The notes: a model not told the origin generated them from the letters alone. Positions 1-12,589 are shown, counted from the whole stretch's first letter. The stretch is DNA of 63,744 nt, filler included, from Cercozoa sp. M6MM (GCA_040357565.1; 12 parts of 12 records of this genome joined end to end with filler, not necessarily neighbours in it), one strand, 5' to 3'. Program-made: numbers and translations.

Positions 1-19
1 TCCCCCCCCCCCCCCGCAG

Positions 20-584
20 TGAGCTGGGCAACGAGTGTCGGAGCCGGTGGCGCCGCTTCGCGCAGCGACTGGCTCCGCTCGGCGCCTTTGTCGAAGCCTT
101 CGTGGCCGCCAATGACGACGCCTGTGATGAGGGTAGGCAGTGCTGTATCCCTCTCCTTTAACCACACCAACCGCCCTTTTGACCGCTTTCCTCTTTAACC
201 ATTCTCTCTCCCTTAACACCCCTCTCTCCCTTAACCACTCCTCACTACTCTCCTATACCTTCTGGTATCAGCACTCATGGCTTTTTCGTTGTGGACCGAG
301 CTGCGCGACTGTGTGCCGAGCGACCTGTTGCTGCCGTCGCTATCGGACTTTGTAGTTTAGGCCACTTTGAGCCCATTAGCTCATACTTATTTGAGCCCAG
401 ACGTACTGTTTTCTTGTTTGTGCAGCCCGAGTCGCAGGGTGATAGGTGTCGCCTCTCGCGTGTGCCGCTGGCCTGGGCGCAGCGACTGCGACTCGGCGTG
501 CGTCACCGCGAACTCGTCGTGGTGCGTTCTCTGCACGCGCGCGTCGTCTCTGCTTCGACTTGTGACGCTGCTGTCTCGCGTTAA
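20..584 (+). CDS. 3' exons of a hypothetical protein (partial, contig start)
   Basis: Three GC-rich exon-like blocks separated by pyrimidine-rich GT..AG introns; the last reads PESQGDRCRLSRVPLAWAQRLRLG...AAVSR*. Confidence 0.45.
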
Positions 585-994
585 TGGAAAGCCGAGTTCA
601 GCTTTGCCTCGCGTTGTGGAAATTTCCGGTTAAAATTTGTTCATTTCGCCGGTCGGTTTAACGGTTCCAATTTTTTTGTTTTTACTCCAGTAAATGTGAT
701 AATTCGGTTACTACAAAAAAAAACGAGGAATTCCGTTACTGCGTAAAGTGCCCGGTCAGGGAGCAGCACAAGCGAGGAACCGTTGCCATTGGAAACCGAA
801 CTTGGAGCGGTCGACTACTGCTACCTACTACTAGTACGGTATGCGATGTACCGCATGCGATGTAGGTGTGCTGTATTGACGGATATGTGCAACTGGACCT
901 AAACGAAACGTGTTGTAGTAGGCAGTTAGTTGAGTGCGTAGGTTCCGCATGCAACACGCTCGGCTCCCGTCGGCGGTGCTTCGCGTCAGAATGA

Positions 995-1692
995 TCACTG
1001 CGGAGTGCCCAGAGGACTGGTAGTAGCTGTTGGCGGAGTCATCGCCGTCGGACTCGGCGTGCAGACGCGGCACGACGAAGGTGTCACTGGGCGATCCGGA
1101 GAGTTCGGGAAGAGTGCCATCACTTGCACCAAGACTGGCCGCAGTTGAGCGCAGAGCTGTTCCGCGGGGCTTGAGCTCGCGGGCAGCTTCCGATTCAAGG
1201 CTTCTAGCATGTGGGGAACCTGGTCGTAGGTATGCGTCAAGGCAATGGCAAAGACTGCTGCACTTTTGCCAGCGTTATTTGTCCTAAACAAACACAGCCG
1301 CACGATAACAAGTTGGATCATCTTGAATCAACAAAAGAAGTGACATACACGTCGCCGCGCGAACTGGTGTCGGTCTGTAGCCAGGTCTGAGTGATCACTG
1401 CGACGGCGCACTTGTTGGTACGGGCAGCCAATTTCAAGTCCTCGGTTGACGTCGGGCTGCCGCAGATTTGTTGAAGAGCCTCGCACTCAGTTCTCGCAAC
1501 CTCGATGTTCAGTGGGATTCCTGCCACCCCGGGTGCTTGCGGTCCTTGCAGCGTGAAAGAGAACTCCTGAGTCTCGTTCGAAGAACTAAAGGCGCTGCTG
1601 GACAGTGCCACTACGGCCGAAACCGCAAGAAGCATCATACGACGGAGGGTTGAGGTCATTTTTAACTGGCTCTGAGGTACATACGAGGACAT
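995..1692 (-). CDS. Hypothetical secreted protein, two exons
   Basis: Signal-peptide-like start (RRMMLLAVSAVVALSSSA); ORFs 1318..1692 and 995..1321 can be joined by a short intron; Thr/Pro-rich tail. Confidence 0.5.
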
Positions 1693-2097
1693 AAAAAAAC
1701 TAACCGGAACGAAATGTTGTTTCAGACAAAACGCACCTTTGACTTGACTTTGGGAGAAGCTCCGGGATTCGGCTTCGGAACAAGAGTTCCACAGGCCGAC
1801 TTAGCGAACGGACGGACAATGGACAGCTTCGCACTAGCTTTGACGCGGTGAAAAGCCAGAATTTTGTTGTGACGTGACACGTGCTGAACTCGGACTCGGA
1901 CGTAAATCCGAAGTGAGTGATTCCATAGCTCCGCCACAAAACAATGTGATTGATTTCGAGATGAAGTCCCCGTCTCTGTGCCACTGAAACGACCCCAAGC
2001 GTTTCGAGGACACTATTGTGTCAGTTCACAAGACTCGGGCTCAGTTGTGGTTCGTCTGCACTGGCGCCTCCACATCGCGCGTCCCAGTGCCACCATC

Positions 2098-5000
2098 ATG
2101 CGACGCGGGCAGCTGCTTTTGTCTGTGCCACTTGTTCTTTGCGTGGTGCGAGCGCGGCTGGAGAGTTGCGGAATTGCATGGTCAAAGCCACCCATTGAAA
2201 GCCTCAACTTCCTGGCTTGTCGAGGCAACCTGAAGCATGGCGTTCCACAGAAGGGACTGGACACGGGCTACTGGGACTACGACACTTCATATCCGTCAAA
2301 AGAGCAGCAGTTAAAGGCAGCACGGATTGAAGATCTTGCTTCTGACCAGGAAGGAGAGATCAAGTTGGACAGCCGTTTTGGCTTTCTCGTGAATCAGCCG
2401 GATCGTCTGCAAGAGCTGATCTCAAGTGTTTCCAACGATGCCAGCAGGATAAATTCACAGTTTTTCGAGTTGCAGCATCTAGACAGCGACACAGAGGCTG
2501 TCAAGGTATAGCCAGTTTACCTTGAAACTTTTTTTATTCAGTTCAGCTCAGTCATTTTCAGTTTGTTTTTCTTGGACTGGTAGGGAAGTACCTGGTCAGT
2601 GGTGATACAAGACAAGGAGCGTCCCGTGCAATGCGGCTCTCCTCTAACATCACCAAACAGCGGCGCAACACCGGTAGTTTCCTCAGGAACGAGCACACCA
2701 GTTGCTTTGTTTACCACACTGGCAGTTGTGGAAGACGGTGCACATCGGTGGCGACAAGTTGACGAATTCGCAGCGCTCCCACAGTTGCAGTGCGATGCCT
2801 CAAGCTGTTTCTGATGGCAACAAAAGGTGCCTGCCACGTATTCGTTCCACCGGGGCTCTCTCTTCTGAAGACTCAAGTACCGTCTTGCAGGCGTTGCAGA
2901 AAATTAGCAGGTACTCTTCACTTTGCCCTCCGTTTTGTTCAAGCTGACTCGAATCCTGTGACCTCGATGCTTGTGGCCGATGCTTTTGCAGTGACACTCA
3001 AAACGTTGAGTCACTCAACGCACAAAGGCTGCTTCCCTTCTACGGAGAACCCGCGGTAAATACACGAACCAATTTGTACAACTGAGCACTCGATCCATTG
3101 ATGCAGTACGCGACATGTACTCTTGACGTGCTCGGCTCCGAAGAAGCCGAACAGGAACCAAGCTGCTCGTCTCCGATTAGCTCGGAGCATGCTGGAAAAC
3201 CTGTACACACTTTCAGTAGTAACAGTTCACCAGTAGCGTTTGATTATTACAACATCTTTCAGGCACTGGAAGCTCTATCGGAAGGTGGCGTTGACTACCC
3301 GCGTCGTTCTGCCTCCCCTGCGTGTCTATGTTCATCCTCCAACGACTCGATTTTGTTTTCGTCGATGTTCACGTTGTGGCGTTCCTGGCTACTGCTGCTT
3401 CAAGCTGATGAAACCACTGGGTCAGACGCCAAGCACACTGTCCAAAGAGCCATGGAGGTATACACGCTTAAGTAACTCTAAGTTTAGATAAACATGCAAC
3501 CGAAACCGTCCCGGGCAGATTCAAGAAAGCGCGTTTCTCGAGGTCACACTGTATAGACTACAGCAAGTGTAACCTCAGTGTTTCAGCACCAACTAAATGT
3601 ATTGCACACACAAAGTGTTTTCATTTTTTGAACCGCCCTGAGCAGTTTCGACCCAGCTTGGCTCATCTGTCCGAGCGGAGAGTGCGCGAAAGCAAAGGTC
3701 GCTTCTCCTCCTCAGTCGTCCGGGCTGAAGGAGCCAGAAGTGACTCGTAGGAACGAACACTCTCTTTCCGATCGCTTCGTCAGACTTATCGGTACCAACC
3801 GTGAGGAGCTGAAGAATTAGATTTGAACTGAATGTCGTCAGTTGCACTGGCTGTATTTTGGGTATACTATGCAGGCGAGATATCAGAGGTTTGGAGTCGC
3901 GAGAACAAGGCTCCCGGCAGTCCAACACGCAGCAGTTGTTATACCAGACGTGCAGCATCAGTCGCACATGTCAAAGAAGGCACTTGCAGCGAAGAAGAGA
4001 AGGACGAGATGCCGTTGACGCCTTCTAACGAAGTGTTCACCTTCAAGGTCGCCATGTACCTGTGGAAGATGCTGAAGTAAGCTGTTAAATTTGCCCAGTT
4101 CATTGAGACAGTGTTGTGGAGCTGTGCTGTGCACCAGGTGGCTACACGACCCTCTGCCGCGAGTGCAAACGATTGTGGAGAAAGTGACCAAGACGATCGG
4201 ACCACCGCAGTACGTGCTTTGTTTTTCCACCTCTGTGTGCGTTGGATCGAAGCGTCCACTGGGCAGGACGGAGCTTGAGCACTTGTTTGGAAAGGAGCCG
4301 GTGTTCCCGGCGGACTTTATCACCATGCGAATCTCGACCCCCGTCATGATACTCGAAGCGTACATTACCTTTGCTACCACTGACCGCTCTTTGGCAAGTG
4401 TACATGGACACAACTAAAAACAGCAATGAGATGCTGCGCGAGTTTCCTCGCCAGGCAGACAGTGACGGTGGAGTCAACTACCGTTGCAAGGTGCAGACTC
4501 ACATCCGAGCCTTCATGTTGAAGCTGCGTCCGCCAGTGGCCACTGACACCTTCATCAGTGACACCGACATCAGTGACACCGTCATCGGTGACACCGACAT
4601 CAGTGATACCGTCATCAGCGATATTGTCATCAGTGATACCGTCAGAGATACCGTTGCTGTCACTGACACTGACACAGTGGCCCACGTGGGCACAGTGAGT
4701 GGTACCAACAGCACACCATCTCCGGAGTCGAGCGGCGGCACCAACGAAAGACGAGTCTCGGTGCTGCTGACTCTGGACAGTTTGATCGGTCGGGTACTCC
4801 CCACTTTTGCACTGCCCTAGTACATGGTACTACGATGTATGTGTCAGCACGAGCGATGGCACGGAGCGTTGTTCGCGTGCAGCGCCATTTCCTACTCGCT
4901 GTGCATGCTGATGCTGGTGCACTCCTCCGCCCTCCCGTGCCGTCGGCGCCGACGCAAGAAGCCCGTGCTGAGGGTGCGCATGCCTATTTAAGTATATGTA

Positions 5001-5950
5001 TCTGTAAGTATAAGTTTATGTATAAATGTATGTACGACTACAGAAGGTGCTGGGTGACACTCGGTGCAAGCGAGAGGTGCCACATAGTCGCATGGCCACA
5101 CAGATAGCCAGCGGTCCCGGCAACGCCGGAGGCGGCTGCGACTGCGGCACCTGCGCCGTCAGGACGGCCGTCGACTCGTGCAGCGACATGTCGATGCAGC
5201 TGCCGTCACTGTCGTCGTCGCGACTGTCGGTGCAATGATGACTTTCTTCCCGTGTCAGGAAGTCTTTTTAAATATACATCTTATTCAAAAAATATAAATA
5301 CATGTAAGTTTATATATATTTATAACTACACAGAAATAAATATACTATCTCTAAAAACAAATATATGTATACCTAAATTAAGAAACATATATATTCTTTT
5401 AAATTAAGAAATTTAATTAAATATCTTTACATGTGCGTGCATGTAGTCGCGTCTGTCGACGCAGTTTTCGACACGCTCGCAAACGACGGGCGGCCACGCG
5501 TGGGGCATCCGTCTGTCGCCGTCGTCGCACTCGGAGAACATGAGCATCGTGTCGGAGAATTCGCAGTCGGTGGGTGGTGCTGTTAGTGCCAGTGACACCA
5601 GCGACACTGGTGATACTGGTAGCCGCGACAGCTCCGGCTGCTACTCGGACTGCCCATGTGATGACTGGAGTCGCGTGGGCGACTGGCTCGTCTTCCTGCG
5701 GCCGCGTATGCTCTTCCGCAGTGGCGTTTCGATCCATTCGGCCATCCATGCGCACAGTGGTGCCTCCTACCTCTCCCCTCTCCCTGTCAGTCACCTGCAA
5801 CTGACCCCACCTCTTGTAGGTCTCCGCGCGGCAGCCAAGGTGATCACCTTTGCCGGTGCGGGCTTCCGCGGCTGGGGTCCTCGCATCGCCACACTCGCGC
5901 AGAAGTGCCGCTGTTCGTGTGCTCAGTGGTAGGTTTCGTCTCCTATGTGT

Positions 5951-5987
<37 letters not shown>

Positions 5988-8144
5988 TATTTATACATAT
6001 GTAAATTATAATATGTGTTCTTTAAATACTACTTGAACACGATGTAAGTATATATGCTTGCATATAAGTTTAGACATATAAATAAACTTAAAATACGATA
6101 CATACTTAGTACATAGATGATTAGATACATATTATTTATAGGTATGTATTACAGCAGATGTGTATACAGTAGATGCAGATAAATTAGAAGTACTTGTGTA
6201 TGTCTGCCTGTGAGCAGTCTGGCGAGCTTCGACGACCAGGTATACTCGCACGGCGACGCCAGCGGCGTGTGCTACGACGTGCTGCACGAGGAGTACCGTC
6301 GCGAGAAGGAGTTTCTGTTTAGTCAGATGGCGGCACGGCACGAGCACTTTGTCGGCGCCTTTGACGCCATCGAGGACAGTCACGGCGCCATGCTGCTGCT
6401 GCGACTTTGCAGTTACGACTCGCTGCCGAACTTTGTGCTGCTGCTGCACGCCAAGTTGCCGGCGTCGCCGCTGCGCTCCATCCTCGAAAGTATCGTCTCC
6501 CAGATGAACGCCGCCTTGCACAAGCTGGTGTGCTCCCTTATATATATCCCGGGCAAACATATATGTCTATTCATGTACATGTACAGATATGTAAGTTTAT
6601 ATATATATATATATATAATTATTTGTATGTTTGTATGTATATGCATGCATATGTGTCAGTATGTATTCTTTATATCTGTGACTATAATTATCTATAACTA
6701 TATATATATATATAAGTTATATATATATATAAGTTGTATATACATACATATATGTATATATACATAGATATATATATATATATAATAGATATATATATAT
6801 GCATAGATATATATACATATATATATATATTTACATGTTGATGTGGTTTAATCTTGAAGCACTTGAGTGGCTACGTGCACGGTGACATCAAGCCGTCCAA
6901 CTTTGTCGTCGACGAGAACCTGTGTAAATTAAGCTGGATCGAAACTCTGTGCCTTGCTTACGCAACTGAATGTTGTGCTGTGCACAGGTGTGAAACTGTG
7001 CGATTTTGGGTCTGTCCACCTGGCCGACAGAGGTACCATTGCTCCAGCCCAGAGTGCAGTTTTATCTAAAACTTACACCGGTGGAAACTTAACTCGCCGT
7101 CAGACACGTTGCGTCACACACCGTTTCGGTGCTTTGGAACTGCGCTGTACGCGTCGCCTGAGGTGAAGCTCAGATAATTATATATTAGAGATGTATAAAT
7201 GGTATCGCTTATATATTGATCGTGTATGTGCATATATGGTACAGTAGAGTACATACGTATGTAGTGTACACAAAGTATACTGTATATACACAATGCACAC
7301 AGGTGCTAGCACTCAAGCACGGCGGCGACGAGGCCCGCACGGCGCTGGGAGACTCGGGCTTTGCGATCGACATGTGGGCCTTTGGCATGGCAGTGGCCGA
7401 CATGACGCGCTGCCTGCCGTCCTTTGTCGTCGCAGGAGCCGACCCACGCACCGAGACCTCGAGTTCCTCGCTGCCGACGATCTGGGAGGTACTGCTACTG
7501 TAGGTTCATGCATTCTTCTATATGACGGTCCCGATAGCCAGGTCACCATATGTACATTGATACAGAGCGATGAGGAGCGAGTGCGTTCCCTGCTGTCCGA
7601 GTGCCTGATGAAACAGGTGCGCTGGCGCTACTCGCCATCGACACACAGCACGTGTCTGCTCGACAGCCTGCTGCTCGACAAGGAAACTTGCGATGGCAAC
7701 AAGAACACGGCTTGCATGGAGGAGGTACGAATATTTGTAACGAACTAAGTGAGTTGGACTCTTGCACAGTGCGAAACGACCATGTCCTTGTCGTTGCGTA
7801 ACCGAGGCTTTGACGATACCAGTCTCTCGATCTCGCAGTCGGAGTCGCTGCAGACGCCGAAAGCTCTGTCCGGCAAGCTTGCCGCCGTCGTTCGTGCCTG
7901 TACAGTTTGGTTTTGTTCCTTGCGTCATATTGAAACTGGTGGGCACTCTTAGGCATCTCGATCCAACCCTCCTCACGTGCGACCACACAAGACGTGAGTT
8001 TGGCTTTCTGAGATTGTCCGAACAGAGGCTATATTTTTGAGACAGGTGGCACACCTGCTGAGTGGCCAGCGCGAACTCGCCGATCTGTCGCTGTCGCGTC
8101 GCAGCTCGGGACTGTGCAGCGTCTCGTGCGATCAGGACGGCTGA
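2098..8144 (+). CDS. Multi-exon protein kinase (non-RD); probably one gene with the upstream signal-peptide region
   Basis: Kinase motifs on successive exons: AAAK (~5830), HGDIKPSN (~6880), VKLCDFG (~6990), GTALYASPE (~7135), IDMWAFG (~7370). Upstream ORFs link in frame via GTAC..AG introns (3792-3874, 4360-4423). The kinase part is confident; the fusion to 2098-4400 is inferred. Confidence 0.7.
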
Positions 8145-8783
8145 ACTAGTACTGACACCCCGGTTAGGCAGTTTTTGACGTGAGCACTTGCACACTAATA
8201 TAGTCTGGCCGACCCAGGTAAGTTGACTGCTTCCGTGTTTCAGTTACCAAGTCGGCTTGTAAACTCCGCGACAGCTATAAATTTAGAAAACGGAACAAAA
8301 CGATAGGTCAACGAAAGCTCGGAGCCGTTCTTAGCTGAAGGAAGGATTAAAACAGCCCCAACGGTGGTATTTACTAAACTCAGCTCGTCGATAAAAGACA
8401 CCTCACAGTTCAACATCAAAAACTGTGCAAAAATCCAGCATGCGCACTACGCACCATACCTCTCAGTCACTTATATAGTCGTGCAGCTGGAGCTTAAGCT
8501 GCTTCAAGCGAAGCTTTGGAGTCTATTGTATCGAGAAATGCATAGTTTTTTGGTTGGCACTGCAAAGGGCCCTCAAAACGAGGTGCCGGCAGTCACTAGC
8601 CGATACCCGAAGTAAGTTTAAAATGTATGCCCTTTCGCAAAAAAACGACATTTATACTTAGTTTGACACTGGATCCGGCACTAAAATTAAGTTAAGCTGC
8701 GAAAATCTCAGTAGCAATGGTTTAAAAAGGTTAATGGACAGGCCGAAACGGCGTTTCGCTAAGCTCACCCAGTCCGACTCGCA

Positions 8784-9070
8784 TTATTCCTCAACGGCAT
8801 TGAAAGCCTTGCGAATGTTTGCAACGACAGAAAGAAGTGTTTGACCATGCGTCAGCATGTACGAAGCAGCCTTTTTTTCATAGTCGCGGAAGTGTTTTGC
8901 CGTCTCGTCGTCCATCTGCTTCGATTCCTGCACTGCCAGCGCTTTCTGCTTGATCGCATCCGCCTGGACAAAGGAATGGTCTCGCTTTTAGCACAAATTA
9001 ATCCCTAGAGACTCAAGGTTTTCCTTACATGTTCAAGCAGGTAGTTCAGCTCCGAATTAGGGTCAGACAT
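8784..9070 (-). CDS. Small 73-aa hypothetical helical protein, join(9029..9070,8784..8963); absent from the ORF track
   Basis: MSDPNSELNYLLEH|GTAAGG..CCAG|ADAIKQKALAVQESKQMDDETAKHFRDYEKKAASYMLTHGQTLLSVVANIRKAFNAVEE*; clean in-frame splice plus an apparent 5' UTR intron. Confidence 0.65.
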
Positions 9071-9340
9071 TTCGGTACGTCTGCGCAACACCAATATTCG
9101 AAGGATTTTTACAGAAAGAGCCGCGTGCCATCAAGATACCTTAAGTTACGCTCGTGTGAGACTGAGCTCTTAGTCGATACAGTAACTAAATAATTTTCCT
9201 CCCAGGGGGCAAGCAAATAATCGGAACGAGCGCGTGCGAATCGCCCGCCCACTCATTGCAATTGATAAGAGTATCCTTCTGGTGCGACGTACGAGTGCCC
9301 ATTCCAGGAATCACCTCATCATTCTGAACCCAATGAATCA

Positions 9341-9762
9341 ACTACAACAATAACAACTGGTAAATTGTATATCGATCCTGTCGTACTGCGGTGGACATAA
9401 TTTACTAGCCGTAGCAATAGTTAGAATGGCGTCGACGCGGAGGATTAGAAGACATACCCTTGTAGAAAAGGTCGTCGAAAGCTCGAAGGCTTGTTGATGG
9501 CAATTAAAAGAAACAGCCCAAGCACGATCACGGCAGAACGTATCAAGTGCGAAGGGACAAGGCTCCGAGAAGGAAGCTGGAGAAGAGATACTGCAGTCAA
9601 AGTGCGTGAGCTGTAGAAGCTTGACCCAAGCTAGGAAGTCAGGTCAATGCAAGGTAGAAGCCTCCGGATGTAATGCAGGAGATACCTAGCAAAACAAATC
9701 CTACACTATTAACCATACTGGTTCAGATTTGATCGTCCGCGCTGACGAGTAGTCAGATGACA
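9341..9762. repeat. Dispersed non-coding element, copy 1
   Basis: 9725-9762 is identical to 12991-13028 (38 nt); 9668-9702 matches 12937-12971 at 32/35; further collinear blocks GGAGGATTAG, GTCGAAAGCT, GAGCTGTA. Confidence 0.8.
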
Positions 9763-9937
9763 ATTTGACGGCAAAGAAAAATGTTTCGTTTCACCCGACC
9801 GCATGTGCCGTACGACATTCGTTCGAATTCCGTGACAAATCTAGGTAGGCCACACCGCACAAAGAACAGCTCGAGCAGCGCAGTAAAACATTGCGATGTG
9901 GGTTCGCGTTGTATGCGTGCGGCGCACGTGACTGCGA

Positions 9938-11077
9938 CTATTCGGGAGTCGACGCGGCCCTTTCCAGTTCCGAGTCGCTGAGGTCTAGCTCAGCAGCCAA
10001 GTCGTCAACGTGATCCAAGACGCCGGCAATGTCGCTGTAGTCCTCGATGCCGAGGAAGGAGGCGATGTGGTTGGTCAACCACTGGCCCAACTTGCGCCAG
10101 GCCGGCCGCACGCCAGTGAAGTCGAGCAGCGACATGAAACCGTCTGCGACCCAGCGGAAGCCAGTGCCAAGCATGCCAATGAATCCGTAGAAACCCTGTG
10201 CACAAAGCAAGACGATGCGTGTGTAAACCACAGCCAGACAGGACACAAGACAGCACATACAGGATGCAAGGTACCCCCTTGATCCATGTGAACTCCTCTA
10301 GGAGCCAAGTCCACTTGCGCGGCAGCCACTTGAAGAAGAAACTGGCAAAGCCCTGTTCCAGTCAGGCACAATGTCGACATACACAGAACAGATATACAAT
10401 ACATATATACACACGTGTATATAGAATGCTACATCGGATATAGGCTTGAGGAAACCCATCACGGGCAGCACGCACGTCTCGAACACTGACCAGAGCTATG
10501 CATACACACATACAGTCACGCACATAAGGACACAAGAAGGACCGACAAGAGATAACACAGGAAGGAGAGTCTACAGAGGGCCAGACGTAGGTCTTGAGTA
10601 TCCTGTTGGTCGGCGTCAGCACTGGCGACAGTCGCGACCACACGCCCTCGGCACCTTCCTTGTGGTAGTCTGGATACACACACGTACGCATAAACAAACC
10701 TATGCATTGTACATGTATACATAACAATTTACATAGACACATATAGACATACATAGACACATAGACATTTACATAAACATAAACATATACATATATATAT
10801 ATATATATCGACAATTACAGATACATAGAAATACACATAGACATGGACATATAAATCGCCATATACAAAGACACAGACAAGAAAGTCAAAGGTACTAAAT
10901 AGCAGGCACGTGGCAGCGTAGCCACTCAGTACGACACCCCAAGCAGCCGGCTGTAACACACAACACACATACACATCAGTTTAAAGACACCTTGTCGCCT
11001 GTATCCCAACCCTGAGGTACCTGTGAGTACACGGCAGCCTTGAGTGCGGTCGATCGCAACTCGGCCGACATGACCTG

Positions 11078-11141
<64 letters not shown>

Positions 11142-11317
11142 GAGTGTGTATATGCGTACACCTACGAGGAGCAAGGTACCTCATGGGAATGCAGCACGAT
11201 GACTCGAGCGATCTCCTCGGCAGTGAGCAGTTGCTTGTTAGGCCGGTAAAAGGACTTCCACCCAGGCGTGATGAGTTTCGGCACCTTGTTCATTGCCGCC
11301 TGTTCATACCGCACACA
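9938..11317 (-). CDS. Hypothetical membrane protein (5' partial)
   Basis: Exons PAAWGVVLSGYAATCLLFSTFDFL, DYHKEGAEGVWSRLSPVL, GFYGFIGMLGTGFRWVADGF...ASTPE* separated by microsatellite-rich introns. Confidence 0.55.
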
Positions 11318-11417
11318 NNNNNNNNNNNNNNNNNNNNNNNNNNNNNNNNNNNNNNNNNNNNTTAATTAATTAANNNNNNNNNNNNNNNNNNNNNNNNNNN
11401 NNNNNNNNNNNNNNNNN
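11318..11417. other. Artificial contig-joining spacer (also at ~19836, 23480, 29455, 30790, 35800, 39212, 41463, 45777, 54661, 61831)
   Basis: Identical N-run + TTAATTAATTAA + N-run design giving stops in all six frames. Confidence 0.97.
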
Positions 11418-11663
11418 CCCCCCCCCCCCCCACACATTGCCTAAACTGCAAAGTTATCCTACGCCTGTGTCAGACGGGGAGCAGACATTCTTTCCTAAAC
11501 ACTAAAGCGATTCTAGAGACCGTTTCGCCAAAAAGCGCCGCTTGCTGGCCGCATCCTTATCGAAATTTTGTGCTGTTTTGCCTGATGCTGTGCGTGTGCC
11601 TAGATCAGACCGGAATAGCTTTTTCGCACTGTGATTGTTTTTGAGTCACTAGAAGTACAGCGA

Positions 11664-12589
11664 ATGAGCAGTGCGTTGTTCAGGTTGACGCGCCGCACTG
11701 TATTTTTTTTTTTTGAAACGCTTGCCGATGTTTTCCCACATAGCAGAGGTGAAAGTTGTTTGCATGCAGGGTGCGCGCATGTTTTCCGCGTCGTTTGATC
11801 GCTACGTCGAGCAGCGGATGAACAAACAGCTCAAAGCCGCCGCACAAACTTCCTCCGTATCGTTCCCTTTTATTTTTCCCTGATGTGTGTATGCCTTTGG
11901 GTATGAAGGTTGTCGCGGAGCCAGGTTCGGTGCCATTGCCAAGAGGCGGGTTCGAATTCGTCTACGTTTTCCGTCGCATGTGGCAAATGACGCTGGGCAC
12001 CTTGTTTATCTTTGCTGGTGGCTTCTGGTTCAATCGCACCGGTCGCAAGTACAGTTTATCTTCTCCTTCTCTTTGCGTTTCTTAATTGAGCACTGGCGTT
12101 TCTTCAGATGGAAAAGTGCACAACAACAGTACGAATACGACAGAATCGGCGCAGAAGAACGCGGCGAGTTGAGGAGAGAAAGAGGTAGTTCGGTTTCAGT
12201 CACTTTGCTGTCTGCATCTCTGTATTTTTCTCCGGTTCTCCAGTGATGCCGTTCGTGCGCTCACAGATCGAAAACGGCCGAGCGCAGCATTTGTTGCAAG
12301 CTGCTGGTCTAACACGTGCTGAGTTAGAAGCCTTGGTATTGTTTTCGCACATGCTCTTTCTTTTTGTGTGGGGCTATTTTTGTCGTAGGTTCAGAAGTTC
12401 GACGAACAGCAGTCGAGCAAGTGCGTTGCTGTTTCTGTGCTTTGAGTGTGCTGTGTGATTATGTTTCTTCTTTGCTGCAGGGAGGTGAGACAGGAGGATT
12501 CGTACATGCTGTACCGACAGCGACTGCTGCAGCAACTTGAACGCGAATACGAGGAACGACTTGAAGCTGCCGAGGCTGGCTCTGAGTAA
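11664..12589 (+). CDS. NDUFA13: NADH dehydrogenase subunit NDUFA13/GRIM-19-like, with mitochondrial-type presequence
   Basis: Spliced PLPRGGFEFVYVFRRM-[TM: TLGTLFIFAGGFWF]-...EERGELRRERVMPFVRSQ resembles the GRIM-19 layout (PPxGG..YKR, single TM, charged helix, 'LLPLLQAE'); Arg/Ser-rich N-terminus. Confidence 0.55.

Noticed and set aside
4108-4188. VVELCCAPGGY, like an FtsJ methyltransferase motif
   Set aside because: Bounded by stops and mostly inside a predicted intron; another frame continues the upstream gene
9341-9762. CACTA/MITE assignment from ACTAC...GTAGT ends
   Set aside because: Only 5-6 complementary bases, no CACTA terminus and no TSD; homology extends past the putative right TIR
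11318-11417. Recurrent TTAATTAATTAA between N runs as a biological repeat
   Set aside because: Identical artificial six-frame-stop spacer; gene adjacency across it is meaningless
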